Assembly (NCBI RefSeq): GCF_035084215.1
Contig: NC_090333.1
Coordinates: 72,850,001 to 72,914,000, forward strand
Reading direction: 5' to 3'
DNA length: 64,000 nucleotides
Origin: Heptranchias perlo
Lineage: Eukaryota
Part shown: in pieces, positions 12,276 through 25,476 of the stretch
How positions within the stretch are numbered: the first letter of the stretch is position 1
How the letters are laid out: each line of letters opens with the position of its first letter
The notes under the pieces: model-generated
Databases searched by the model: none
What the model saw: the letters and a program-made list of their open reading frames with translations, nothing else
What the model was told of the DNA's origin: nothing
Translations under genes and position numbers: made by a program

Positions 12276-15200
12276 ATTTTCTCTATGTCTACCCTATCAA
12301 ACCCTTTCATTATCTTAAAGACCTCTATCAGGTCATCCCTCAGCCTTTTCTTTCCTGGAGTGAAGAACCCCAGCCTGTTTTAGTCTTTCCTGATAAGTAT
12401 ATCCTCTCAGTTCTGGTATCATCCTTGTGAATCCTTTTTTGCACCTTCTCCAATGCTTCTATATCCTTTTTATAATATGGAGACTAGAACTGTGCTCAGT
12501 ACTCCAGTGCTTGGTTTGCCTTTTTATGGCCTTATTAACCTGTGTCACTACCTTTTAGTGATTTGTGTATCTGTACCCCAAGATCTCTTAGTTCGTGTAC
12601 CCCATTTAGACTCTTATTATCCAAGCAATTTGTGGCCTCCTTATTCTTCCTATAAAATGCACCACCTAAAACTTATCTATCTTAAAATTAATTTGCCAAT
12701 TACTCGCCCATTCTGCAAGTTTATTAATGTTTTCTTGCATTCTACACTTTCTTCCTTTGTATTAGCTACGATCCCTGTGGAACACCACTTCTCACCTTTG
12801 CCATTCTGAGTAGCTTCTCTTAACCCCGACTGTCTGTTTTCTGTTTTGTAGCCAGCTTGCAATCCATTCTGCTACCTGTCCCCTGACTCCATTTGCTTTG
12901 ACCTTAGTCATGAGTCTACAATGCGGTAACTTAGTGAAGGCCTTTTGAAAATCCAAATATATCACCCTTGCATTACCCTTGTCTACTCTTTCTGTTACTT
13001 CTTCAAAGAATTCAAAAAGGTTGGTCAAGCATGACTTACCTTATGAAATCCGTGCTGACTACACTTTATTATATTTTCGTTTTCCAGATGTTTTTCTTTA
13101 TATCTGTGAGTAATGATTCTATTATCTTTCCTTCCACCGATATTAAGCTAACTGGTCTGTAGTTCCCTGGACTTGTTCTGTCTCCCTTTTTAAATATAGG
13201 AATCACATTAACTGTCAGCCAGTCCTCTGGCACTATTCCCTTTACTAATGAATTTTTATCTATATTTAATAGTGCCTCTGCTATCTCTTCCCTAACTTCT
13301 TTTAATACGCACGGATGCAATCTATCTGGACATGGGGTTTTATCGTCTCTAAGTACTCTCTCTAATAGAACTTAATGTTCTATTTTGTAATTATACTTGC
13401 CTGTATGCATGTTACAACTTGCATATTTTGAAAAACAAAAAGTACAACTTAAAATAAGACAATAATAACTCCAATTAACAAAGATTGGAGTATTTGACTT
13501 TCTAGCCCGGCCCTCTTTCCCAGGTAAAACTATTTTAGTCTTGAGAGAAGATATGTAAGGAGTGGTTTGCATTTACTCACCTTTTTTAAGTATAGCTTTC
13601 ATAGCTGTTCAAGGATTGATTCACTGAAGTAGTATGAAGTTGGCTTTGTGGAATAGCAGTTAACACTAAAGCCAATGTATTGCTGTGGCAACAGTGCGGC
13701 TTAAAAACTGTGGACTATCCTTAGACATGATATTTGGATGCTGTTTTAATTAAGTGATCTTCATGATCCTGCATATGGATCCTCTCCCACCTTGTAATTA
13801 TTCTCTGGTTCCAGAAAAGTGTAATCTCACGTCACAGCTGAATGTGAAGTGAGCAAGAACTCCCTCAAATTCCAAATTAGTAACAAAGCTATTATTGTCA
13901 GGGATGCAACACTGAAACAGATTCATAATTGCCTATACAGAGGAGGGGAAAAAAACAACTGTACAGAAAAGCTGTGGTCCAAATGAAGTCTGCATGTCAT
14001 GTGCAGCTGCTGTGCAGAACAGTGTGATGACCGATTATGCTTGCTTGCAGTCGGAAAGGTCTTTCTTATGAATCAAGGCAAACTGGAAAATGTATCGAGC
14101 AGAACATTAGGTTTTGAATAAATAGAGAATTAAAAACTATAGGGAAATTTTCCACCATGTACAAATTTTATTTATATACAGTAGATAATCCTTTTTTCAT
14201 CTCTTTATTGATCAATTGTGTATTGGGAGGAATGAGACACTGGATTTAGTGACATGACTCAGCTAAAAAAGAAAGCTCCTTTAAACAAATTAAAGCATTC
14301 TATCAGAATGTCAATGGTTTATGATTGATTGGAATTTTTATCTAACAGATTTAAGTAGTTGGGAAAACTCACCTTGTTTCTAATAAAGCCTAAGTGTGGC
14401 TGATATAATTGGTCTTAGACATGCAAATCACGGGCGCTAGCAATCTTTGGATTGCTTGTCATAATACTAATCTAGTCATCTCTATACTAGGGAAGAGCTG
14501 TCAAACTGGGAGAAAATGAAGATATGTGATAGGTCTCAGGAAAAGAACCCCTTCCGGGGTTGATGGGCTGCAGTGACAACAGTGCACATGCAAATGTAAG
14601 TCAGGTTTACTACACTTGAACCTGACTCTATGGGTTGTGAACCATTTGTGGAGCTAGGGTATTCATCCAGATGGTTTATTTCTGTTTTTGTCATTAACAA
14701 TTGGACATTGAGGTAATTTTATTGAATAAGCATGGTAACCAAAAGTCAGCATTTGAGTAGTAATTCAGATTATATGAACCAATTTTACATTTCAGTTTTT
14801 CAAACTATTATCCAATCATTTCTATTTATTGGATATTTTTTGAATTTTGTGCTCTTCAACATGAGGTAATTTAGTTCTGTGAATGTCCACTACAGCATGA
14901 GTTGAGCAGAACAAAGCTCCTTCCATTCTGGTCCAACAATTTCTTAGTCATGACCTTCGAGCAACCCCGACAGCACCTGTGTGGATTTAACCACATTGTG
15001 CACCAGCCACTCTTAAAACATCTTTGAATAAGAATGCCAAATTGTAGGATGGCTGTGTGCTGCAGATTGATACTCATAAAGAAGTGGGTTGAAACTGCCC
15101 AAGTTTATTTTAGATTGGTCCCTCACAGACAGGAGACTTTCTCCCACCAGTCTATGTTGGACTTGAACAAGATTCTCAGAAGTAAATGGAAAGCATTTTA

Positions 15201-16019
15201 GCTGCTGTGCTACTCTAACCGCTTAATGAAGGCAAATTTTCTAATAATTGTAAATCCCAAAGAATACCTCTTTGACCATTGTTCTCCTTTTTCAGTATCC
15301 TACTAAGGTCCAAATCACTATTGCCATCAATTATTTTTGAAGGACTTAGATGATGTTTTCCTTTTCTTTCTGATTTTTCTGTTTTCACTTCTTTGGATTC
15401 TTAGCTAACATTAAGATCTTTAACTACTCCTCCAGTGTCTGTTGAAGTCTGTTTCTTTGATATTTTTTCTCATCTCTATTTTCATGCTTGATTACACTCC
15501 ACTGCAGATTCTATAGTGCTTCATCTCAACCAAATTACACTGCCTTAGCTGAAGAATTATATGCTCAATGAAATGTCTACTACCAGTTTTGCAATCCAAT
15601 AAATTCACCAGAACATAGTTTATTGTTACTTGTACATGTATAAATCTTTAAAGAGGACCTCATCTTTGCAGGAACACAGTAAACATGGCTAGGTGCAGCC
15701 AAACAACTAAATTACCACAAACTGACTGGTAACTATGCAGACAGTAATCCTGAGAAAATTCACATTCTGAGCTGCAAATTAGATTTCCAAAAGATGGCTT
15801 ACTTATGTTCTTTGCAAGGCCCAAAGGGGCCAATGACATCAACTATACTCAAGATATCAAAATAGGATAATTAGATGGACTGATGATCCAAAAGTAAAGT
15901 CATGTTATGGGTATCACAAATAGAATAAGATAACTTACTCAGTTGATGCTGCTGTTAGTACTGCATAGTCGTACTTCAGTATTATACAGTACAATTTAGC
16001 TTGACACCAGCTTCACACA

Positions 16020-16560
16020 GTTTTATTTTCCATCTCCATCATTGACTCCAAGACTATTACTACAATCTCCAGTTGCGTGACTGAAACGAAGACTTTGATA
16101 AATCACAATTATCTGTATCTATGTACTTCTAGCTTGGAAATTTATCACCTCAGGCTAAATGCAGAGGGTAGAATTTGGCGTCCTGCTCAACCATAAGCTG
16201 AGCATTATCCCCACATTTGATTGATTGTTACAAAACATTGGCCTGCTTCTATCCCTAGCTTGCTCCCATTGCTGCTGAAACCTCAACAAATGCTTTCCTT
16301 ACTGGACTCTATGTCCCCATTCTTCACAAAAGTATTCATAATTGCGTGGTCCATGCCCTCTCCTGCACAAAATCCTGTTATCACAGTGATCCCACTGTTG
16401 CAAAGCTCCACGGGATCCTTATGCTCCAGAGCATTGATTCGAAGATTCTCATGCACATTTTTAGCTCCATCCATTTGGCTAGCTCTGGCCCCATTTTGGC
16501 AATCACCTCCAGCCACACATCTCTGCATATACCTTTTGCTTCTCCAGCATCAGATCACTT
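16020..16560 (+). mobile_element. Old L2-like LINE remnant
   Basis: Degraded similarity to the L2 ORF2 C-terminal region, judged by eye only. Confidence 0.35.
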
Positions 16561-19369
16561 CTTATTTTACATTACTATGGAATTCTCCCTAGTAGACAAA
16601 ACAGAGGTGTCTGGCATTTCATGATGAACATGCAAGCTGGTGGGATGGAAGATGAGGCCTATAGGAGACAGCATTGAGTGAATTGGTGTATAGGGTAGGA
16701 GAAGCAAGTGATGACAGATGAGTACTGCTGCCCAGATTGGCTACATGGCTGCTGTCGGTGACGCATTTCTGTTTTTCCATTTTGGGAAATGCAGTAGTTG
16801 ATGTAACCATGGTGCTGTTGTTATTTAATGGGGAGAAAATTAAAGTCTGGCCATGCTGAGCTGTGCACCAATCAGCTGTTTGATACATGTGTGGGTAGCA
16901 TCTTGACTAATACTGCTGATAATCCCTATGCTATACTGGAAGGAGATGGAGGCAAAATGGTGACATGATCACCACTGTCCGTTGGCTGCCTGACCTCAGT
17001 CATTGCCAACTACATGGTCCAGGGCTTGCAGATACAGTTCATGGTTTAAAGTCCAAGTGTGGTGCCTGCTGATCTTCCTAGCATGCCTTGTTTAATTTTG
17101 TACCACTTCAACTGTGAAATACTGCGATTGCCATCATTAATTTAAATTTTTGGCATGCGACTCTAATGTAGTTAAATGATTTGTCACTTACTGAGCTAGA
17201 GTGGAAGCTTGTATAGTATGAGCCCCTTTTCATGTCTGCTGCTCTTTTTATCATGTTCTTGTTTTTCTGAGTTCTTGTAAATGTTTCAATTACCATGGCT
17301 TCGCAGTGATTTTTGTTTGTAGACAATATTCTGCTGTTTTCGTTTCCACATGAAAACAACAGTAAAAAAGCTACTGAGAAACAGCATATGCAAATATTCA
17401 TGAAAACTGCCTCAGCTCTTTTAAGAGCTGTTTTATGCACAGAACTTCTTTCTCTTTAGCCCACTCCAGGTGGTACAGTGTGATCCTGTAATTGTGTGTC
17501 CTCAATTTTAATATTATGATGAATATGTGTAAAATGTGCTGGAGCAAGTATCACAGACATTAAGCCCATCCCATAAAAATGAAAACTTCTCAAAGTGTGA
17601 TGAGCCAATCCAACGAATCAAGGTTGAGCCCAAGAAAGTTAAACATCTCTAAAATTCTTTATTCTAGAAAGGCTATTGCTGATCCAAAAGGCATGGATGC
17701 TTGATTCTCAAGGCTCTTTGAGAAAATAACTGCTTCCCTAATTCATCTCTTTCCACTGTCCCTTTTGACTGGTATTTTACCTTTATAGAGAAAATGACCG
17801 AGTGTTGCACAAGAAGAAATCAAAGTCAGACCTCCATAATAGAGATTAGTATTGCAGTAGTCAGCTGGGAGAAAGTTAGTGCAAAGAACTAGAAACAAGA
17901 AGCTGTTGCACCATATCAGCCACAACATGCTGACAGGGCCTCCACAAAAATCGATTGGCTTATGATGTTTCAATTCCATGGCTCAGAAATAGGTCGAGTA
18001 CATATTGTAAAGTTACAGCAGTCGCCCTCCACATTTCTAAAGCCTTCAATAGCAGATCATAAGTGGATTATGACAAAATAAAAATTGCCCCATTAGATCT
18101 GTATGTATGTTTTTCAAAAGTGGTGACAACCCAGCTCTAAAATGGCTTCCAAGTGCAGTATTGTTGGAAAACCGAAATGACTGCTTGGACACCATTTGTC
18201 TGTGTCGTATTATGAAAGCTCATTGGAAAACTGTTTAAATTAAAAGTTATCTTTGAAGGACAAGGGGTACTTTGAATGCAAATTCCCTGATCAGCAGTTC
18301 AGACAAGAATATTGTTTGCAGGTGGTGTCAAAAATGTTAGTAAGGGTGGGTATTCAAGCATCTGAGAAGTAACGGCTGGGAGCATGTGGCCCTTAGTCAT
18401 TAACTAGCTGAACAAATGAAGCACATTCTAAAGTATGGTTCAAGATTGCCACCATGGAATAAGACACCATTGTTTAAGATTATCAAGCTGGTGATATCTT
18501 AAAAGCGATTGTTTAAACATTAGTGGAAATCATCTTCATAATTCAGTGTTCCTGAGTTTTTCTTTGTTTATATGGAAATTGGATGGAACTCCATAAGCAG
18601 CACTTGTGTACCACTAAGAGACTGTCTTTTCAAGAGTTTGCCAATAGCTGGAAGATCTGCGGACTAAACAGTTGACCCATTTGTATATTTCTGATTGTGC
18701 TTTATAGTATCAATATGCTTTGCTTCTCTACATTATTTACAGTGGGAAACTCACCTGTTGAAAGATGTGAGACAACCAGATTACAAAGTAAATGGAGACC
18801 AAATTGGACAGTGGGCGAACAAATACGTATTACCATCAGCAGAGAAGATCAATAACTATTGAGGGTTGAGCATGATGATGATGATGATGCTTTCACTTTA
18901 TAATAGTTATAAACATTCTTCTGTTACAGAGCTTCAACTTCTTTGCTTAATAATTGCACTTGATCTAAACTGGGTCACAAATACAGCAAGAACTGTTGGA
19001 AAAGCTGGTAGTACCCTGGATAAATATGAAGCTGATAACAGCCAATGATGGAACATTGTCTCCCTATTTGGCAGGCTATACAGAAAGTACACCCTTGGTG
19101 CAATGCAAAGCTTTACAAACCAGTGGGTTGCTGGGAATGTCAGAATCCCAGTACAATATTGAAGAGATGTGCAAGAAATTGCTTTTCTTCCAGTGGATTA
19201 CAACTAATATAGATCCACAAAAGTTGTCCATGAAGATAGGTGGACTTGATGAGGATGGTATAGAGCAACAGTTTATCTTCTCCAACTTTGAGCCAGGCTG
19301 ATATTCATCACAGAAAAGTAGCTTTTCAAAGGAGCTGTGATCAGGAGTGACCAAAATTTTGGTCAAAGA

Positions 19370-20605
19370 GATTGTTTTAAGAAGGGCCTTAAAAGAGGAG
19401 TGGCGGAGAGGTTTAGAGAGGGAATTACAGAGTGTAGGGTCTTGAGGGCTGAAGGTATGGTGTCAGTGGAGGCCACACATGTGCCAGGCAATGACCATCT
19501 ACAACAAGAGAGAGTCTAAGCACCTCCCCATGATATTCAATGGCATTACCATCACCAAATCCCCCACTATCAACATCCTGGGGGTCACCATTGACCAGAA
19601 ATTTAACTGCACCAACTACATAAATACCGTGGCTACAAGAGCAGGTCAGAAGCTGGATATTCTGCAGCGAGTGACTCACCTCCTGACTTCCCAAAGCCTT
19701 CCACCATCGACAAGGTACAAGTCAGGACTGTGATGGAATACTTTCCACTTGTCTGGATGAGTGCAGCTCCAACAACGCTCAAGAAGTTCGACACCATCCA
19801 GGACAAAGCAGCCCGCTTGATTGGCACCCCATCCACTACCCTAAACATTCACTCCCTTCACCACCGGCGCACTGTGGCTGCAGTGCCTACCATCTATATT
19901 ATGTACTGCAGCAACTCACCAAGGCTTCTTCGACAGCACCTCCCAAACCTGTGACCTCCACCACCTAGAAGGACAAGGGCAGCAAGCGTTTGGGAATACC
20001 ACCACTTGCACATTCTCCTCCAAGTCACGCACCATCCCGACTTAGAAACATATCGTCGTCGTTCCTTCATCGTCACTGGATCAAAATCCTGGAACTCCCT
20101 ACCTAACAGCACCGTGGGAGTATCTTCACCACACGGACTGCAGCGGTTCAAGAAGGCAGCTCACCACCACCTTCTCAAGGGCAATTAGGGATGGGCAATA
20201 AACGCTGGCCTTGCCAGTGATGCCCACATCCCATGAATGAATAATAAAAAAATAGTGAGGGGTTGGTTGGGAGGGGGGGTGGGGTTTAACATGAGACCAG
20301 AGTCAGAGGAACAGAGTTCTGGGATGGCTGTAGGGCTTGACGATGTAGAGATTGGGAGAGGTGAGACCCTGAAGAGAATTAAACAGGGAGCCAATGTAAA
20401 TTAGCAAGGACTGGCTGATGGATGAACGGCACTTGGTGCAGAATTGGATACAGGCAACAATTTTGGATGAGCTAAAGTTTGAGGGCCAAGAATGGGAGGC
20501 TGGTCAGGAGAGCATTGGAATAGTCTCGTCTGGAGGCAACAAAGGTAAGGATGAGTGTTTCAGCAACTGAAAGTCTGAGGCAGAGATGGAGGTGGATGAT
20601 GTTAA
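19370..20605 (-). mobile_element. L2-like LINE remnant interrupted by a younger LINE
   Basis: 19370-19470 resembles an L2 3' end (compare 48565-48650). 20300-20605 resembles the L2 ORF2 C-terminus on -. Confidence 0.5.
19474..20250 (+). mobile_element. 3' fragment of the LINE family at 5841-7222
   Basis: Directly alignable to 6460-7215 (KCQAMTI..., DTIQDKAARLIGTP), with the same tail. Confidence 0.9.
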
Positions 20606-21070
20606 ATTATAAGAATATAAAAAGAAATAAAGTATTCTACAGACACATAAATAACAAAAGAAAAATCAGAATAGAGATAGGACCACTAAGGGATACACAA
20701 GATAAACTCCCAAGTAATGACAGCGAAATGACAGAAATATTGACTAGTTACTTTGCCTCTGTATTTACCAGGGAGACCAGCAAGGTGGGTAGGACATTGG
20801 AAGAAGAGATCCAAAAAGATATTAAAACATTTAAGATAGAAAGGGGGGAGATAATTGAAAAACTAATCAATCTTAGAGAAGATAAGACCCCTGGATCGGA
20901 TGATTTGCATCTGCGCATATTAAAAGAAGTTAGGGACATTACTTATATATAAACATTCATTAGAAATGGGAATAGTGCCAGAGGACTGGCGACAGCTAAT
21001 GTTATTCTCACATTTGAAAAGGGAGATGGAACAAGTCCAGGGAACTATAGACCAGTGAGCTTAACGTTGG

Positions 21071-21531
21071 TTTGTTTTTTATTCGTTCATGGAATGTGGG
21101 TGTCGCTGGCAAGGTCAGCATTTATTGCCCATCCCTAATTGCCCTTGAGAAGGTGGTGGTGGTGAGCCGCCTTCTTGAACCGCTGCAGTCCATGTGGTGA
21201 AGGTTCTCCCACAGAGCTGTTAAATAGGGAGTTCCAGGATTTTGATCCAGCGACGATGAAGGAACGATGATATATTTCCAAGTCGGGATGGTGTGTGACT
21301 TGGAGGTGTTGTTCCCATGTGCCTGCTGCCCTTGTCCTTCTAGGTGGTAGAGGTCGCGGGTTTGGGAGGTGCTGTCGAAGAAGCCTTGGCGAGTTGCTGC
21401 AGTGTATCTTGTGGATGGTACACACTGCAGCCACGGTGCGCCAGTGGTGAAGGGAGTGAATGCTTAGGGTGGTGGATGGGGTGCCATTCAAGCGGGCTGC
21501 TTTGTCCTGGATGGTGTCGAGTTTCTTGAGT
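21071..21531 (-). mobile_element. 3' fragment of the LINE family at 5841-7222
   Basis: Reverse complement of about 6755-7215 (HCSNSPRLLRQHLPNPRP). Confidence 0.9.
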
Positions 21532-22032
21532 GGTGGTAGGAAAGATAATGGAATCTTTACTCAAAGATGTAATAGAAAAACATCTAGAGAACAAAAATAT
21601 GAAAAAGAATAATCAGCACGGATTTCAGAAGGGAAAGTCATGATTAACCAACCGTATTAAATTCTTTGAAGAAGTAACAGAAAGAGTAGGCAAGTGTAAT
21701 GCAGTAGTTGCAATATATTTGGATTTTCAAAAGGCCTTCGATAAGGTACTGCATTGTGGACTCATGGCTAAGGTCAGAGCATGTGGAGTCGAGACAGTTA
21801 ACAGAATGGATAGTAAGTTGGCTGCAAAACAGAAAACAGAGAGTAGTGCTTAAAGGGTAGCAACTCAGACTGGCAAAAGGTGGGAAGTGGTGGTTCCACA
21901 GGGATCGGTGCTGGGACCACTGTTCACAATTTACATTAACGATTTGGATTCAGGAATCGGAAGTACAATTTCAAAATTTGCGGATGACACCAAATTGGGG
22001 TGTGTAGTTAATACAAAGGAAGAATGCGTCAA

Positions 22033-23297
22033 AATAGGAACATCGGAACAGGAGTAGGCCATTTAGCCCCTCGAGACTGTTCCGCCATTCAATGAAATCA
22101 TGGCTTATCTGTGACCTAACTCCATATCCCTTAATAGCTTTGATTAGCAAAAATTTATCAATCTCAGATTTAAAATTAGCAATTGAGCTTGCATCATCTG
22201 TCAATTGCGGAAGAGACTTCCAAATTTCTACCATCCTTTGCACGTAGAAGTGTTTCCTAACTTCACTCCTGAAAGTCCTGGCTCTAATTTTTAGGTTATG
22301 TCCCTTAGTCCTAGACTTCCCAACCAGCGGACATAGTTTTCTCTCTATCTACCCTATCAGTTTCCCTTAATATCTTGAAAACTTCGATCAAATCACTCCT
22401 TAATCTTCTAAATTCCAGGGAATACAACCCTAGTTTGTGTAATCCCTCCTCGTAATTTAACCCTTGGAGTCCAGATATCATTCTAGTAAATCTATGCTGC
22501 ACTCCCTCCAAGGCCAAAATATCCTTCCTAAGGTGTGGTGTGGTGCCTGGAACTGAACACAGTACTCCAGGTGTGGTCAAACCAGGGCTTTATATAGCTG
22601 TAGCATAACTTCCACCACCTTGTATTCTAGTCCTCTAGATATAAAGGCCAGCGTTCCATTAGCCTTTTTAATTATTTTCTGTACCTGTCCATGACATTTT
22701 AATGATCTATGCACATGGACCCCTAAGTCTCTTTGGACCTCCACTGTTTCGAGCTTTTTACCATTTAGAAAGTACTCTTGTCCTGTATAATGTCCTTTTT
22801 GTCCATTACTGACTGGTTCAGATTGGCTGTATCCACTTTAAGGAAGTCTATTCCTGAGAATTAGCATTTCTAAAGCGTTTTTATCTCGGTCTCACACCAA
22901 TGACTGAAATCTCTGCCATTTACATTGTGAAAAACATGGAATAATAGACGTTTTTTTTTATAAAACAGGATACTGTTTAGGTCCAAAGTGGACAACCTCA
23001 CATTTGCCTATTTTATGCTTCCATCTACACTGCTTACATGCTGCCTATCTTTGTGTCATTGGCAAACTTGGATATGTGGCTCTCTATCACGTCATCTAAG
23101 TCGTTAATAAGTATAGTGAATAGTTGAGGCCCCAACACAGATCCCTGTGGGACACCACTGATCACATCCTGCCAATTTGAGTACCCGCCCAATATCCCTA
23201 CTCTCTGTCTCCTGCCACTCAGCCAATTTCCTAACCAGGTCAATAATTTACCCTCAATTCTATGAGCTTCAACTTTAGCTAACAGTCTCTTATGAGA
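22033..23297 (-). mobile_element. CR1-type LINE 3' fragment nested in a CR1
   Basis: ORFs 23034-23243 ([13 protein letters not shown]...FANDTK), 22311-22580 and 21971-22243; AAAAT at both junctions. Confidence 0.85.
22780..22964 (+). repeat. About 185-bp direct copy of the sequence at 24993-25180
   Basis: gtcctgtataatgtcc...catggaataata...ataaa occurs at both places with scattered substitutions and a 4-nt indel. Confidence 0.9.
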
Positions 23298-25476
23298 AAA
23301 TGCAAGAGGACATTAATAAACTTGCAGAATGGGTGAATAATTGGCAAATAAATTTCAATATAGATAAGTGTGACGTGATTCATTTTGGTAGGAAGAATAA
23401 GGAGGCCATATGCTGCTGGGATAATAAAAGTCTAAATGGGATGGAGGAGCAAAGGGATCTAGGGGTACACATACACTAATCCCTAAAAGTAGCGACACAG
23501 ATTAATAAGGCCATAAAAAAGGCAAATCAAGCACTTGGGTTCACTTCTAGAGGGATAGAATTGAAAAGCAGAGAAGTTATATTAAACTTGTATAGAACCT
23601 TGGTTACACCACATTTGGAGTACTGTGCACTGTTCTGGTCTCCATTTTATAAAAATAGAAGAATTGGAGAGGGTGCAAAACAGATTCACAAGGATGATAC
23701 CAGAACTGAGAGGATATCCTTATCAGGAAAGGCTGAACAGGCTGGGGCTCTTTTCTCTGGAAATGCAAAGGCTGAGGGGTGACCTGATAGAGGTCTTTAA
23801 GATAATGATAAGGTGGACGTGGAGAAAATGTTTCCACTTGTGGGTGAATCCAAATCTAGAGGTCATAAATATAAAATAGTCGCTAATAAATTCAAAAGGG
23901 AATTCAAGAGAAACTTCTTCACCCAGAGAGTGGTAAGAATGTGGAACGTGCTACCACAAGGCGTAGTTAAGGCAAATAGCATAGATGTATTTAAGGGGAA
24001 GCTAGACAAGCACATGAGGGAGCAATAAATAGAAGGGTATCCTGATAGGACTAGATGAAGTAGGGAGGGAGGAGGCTCATGTGGAGCATAAATGCCGCAT
24101 AGACCAGTTGAGCTGAATGGCCTGTTTCTGTGGTGTAGTTTCGATTTAACTCAATGTAGGTGATCTTTGAGATGTAAAGGATATGGGGTCAGAAGCTCAG
24201 CTTGGGGTTGTGAATGCTTTCTCCTGGAATCCTTGAACTGCTCTATCTCTTGTATGTGATAGTTCAAATGCAGATTTACCATCACTTGTTGCAGTAAGTG
24301 ATGGGAAAATTGTTACTTGCATGCTGGTACTTCAGTACAAAATTTCTGCAAGTTATCCTGTGGTCCCAGTAACTTCTGGTAGTTGTACACTTACTGGACT
24401 CTAAGGTGCTTGTACACAGTGTATAGGGACTGGTTTGGAAGTTGCACAATTCCTGGGGTTTATACAAGATGCCTGTGCACAATATATAGTGATTGGACTG
24501 CACAGTGTGTGTGTACACAGCATGTAGTTGTAATATTGAGTGCAGCTGGTGAGGTGATCAGTATTCTGATCGCAAACTGAATCCTCCATTAGGATTCTTC
24601 TGAAAGGCAAACCATTCATCATAGCCATCTGAAAGGTCAGGTAAAGTTAAAGAATTGTTCAGTAAGGGTAATGAATTGTCAGATAAACTGATTACAATAT
24701 GATTTTTACTTCCGAATTTATAACTCTAACTCATCTCCCCCTCCTCTTTTTTGAAAAAACGTGCCTTAGAAATAATTAGTACAGGGAAGTAAAGAATTGA
24801 GACAAGAAAGGGGAAGAGAAAGTAATTAGAAAAAAAATGAAGGCTTGCCAACTGGCATTTAAGATCTCATCTCTTTTCTTGTCGTGTTTGATAAATATTC
24901 TTTGTGTTAGCTGATTTTATGCATTATTGACCTTTATCCTTTTTATTTTATATTATTCAACATTCTGAATTTAGGAATGAAAACAGTCATTGGTCCTGTA
25001 TAATGTCCTTTTGTCCATCACTGAATGGTTCAGATTGGCTGTATCCACTTTAAGGAAGTCTATGCCTGAGAATTAGCATTTCTAAAGAGTCTTTATCTCC
25101 GTCTCACACCAATGACTGAAATCTCTGTTTGCCATTTACATTGTGAAAAACATGGAATAATAGGCGTTCTTTTTTATAAATCAAAAGGTCTTTATAATTA
25201 ACCCAGTAATAGACCGATGAGCCTTGCCAATATGAGCTGTGTGAAATATATTATGGCTAGGTAATTCACTATCATCCAATTTCTGGAAGTGAAAGAATTC
25301 TAGATACTGCATAATGTAATATAGCTCAATAGCACAAGCACTTGATCGCTTGACCTACCCTTGCTCTTTTTCTAGCCCCCCTCCGCCCACTTAGAAGTTT
25401 GAATGCTCGATGCCTAAATCTCCCTGTCATTCAGATAAATTTGTCCTTTTAAGGAGTTTAGTTTTGGCAAGATGTG

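Larger units (their letters stand above)
9835..13350 (-). mobile_element. CR1-type LINE fragment interrupted by Harbinger copy B and an inverted RT piece
   Basis: ORFs 13069-13320 (PGNYRPVSLISV) and 12792-13028 (YLDFQKAF). The sequence is continuous across the Harbinger site (ggaaac-ATT-ttctct). Confidence 0.85.
20606..24158 (+). mobile_element. CR1-type LINE ORF2 and 3' end, host to two nested LINEs
   Basis: ORF pieces KVFYRHINNKRK, NLYRTLVTPHLEYC and NFFTQRVVRMWN; continuous across both insertions. Confidence 0.85.

Noticed and set aside
18871-18889. Poly-Met ORF 18866-19048
   Set aside because: It is a short (ATG)n microsatellite with no coding evidence.
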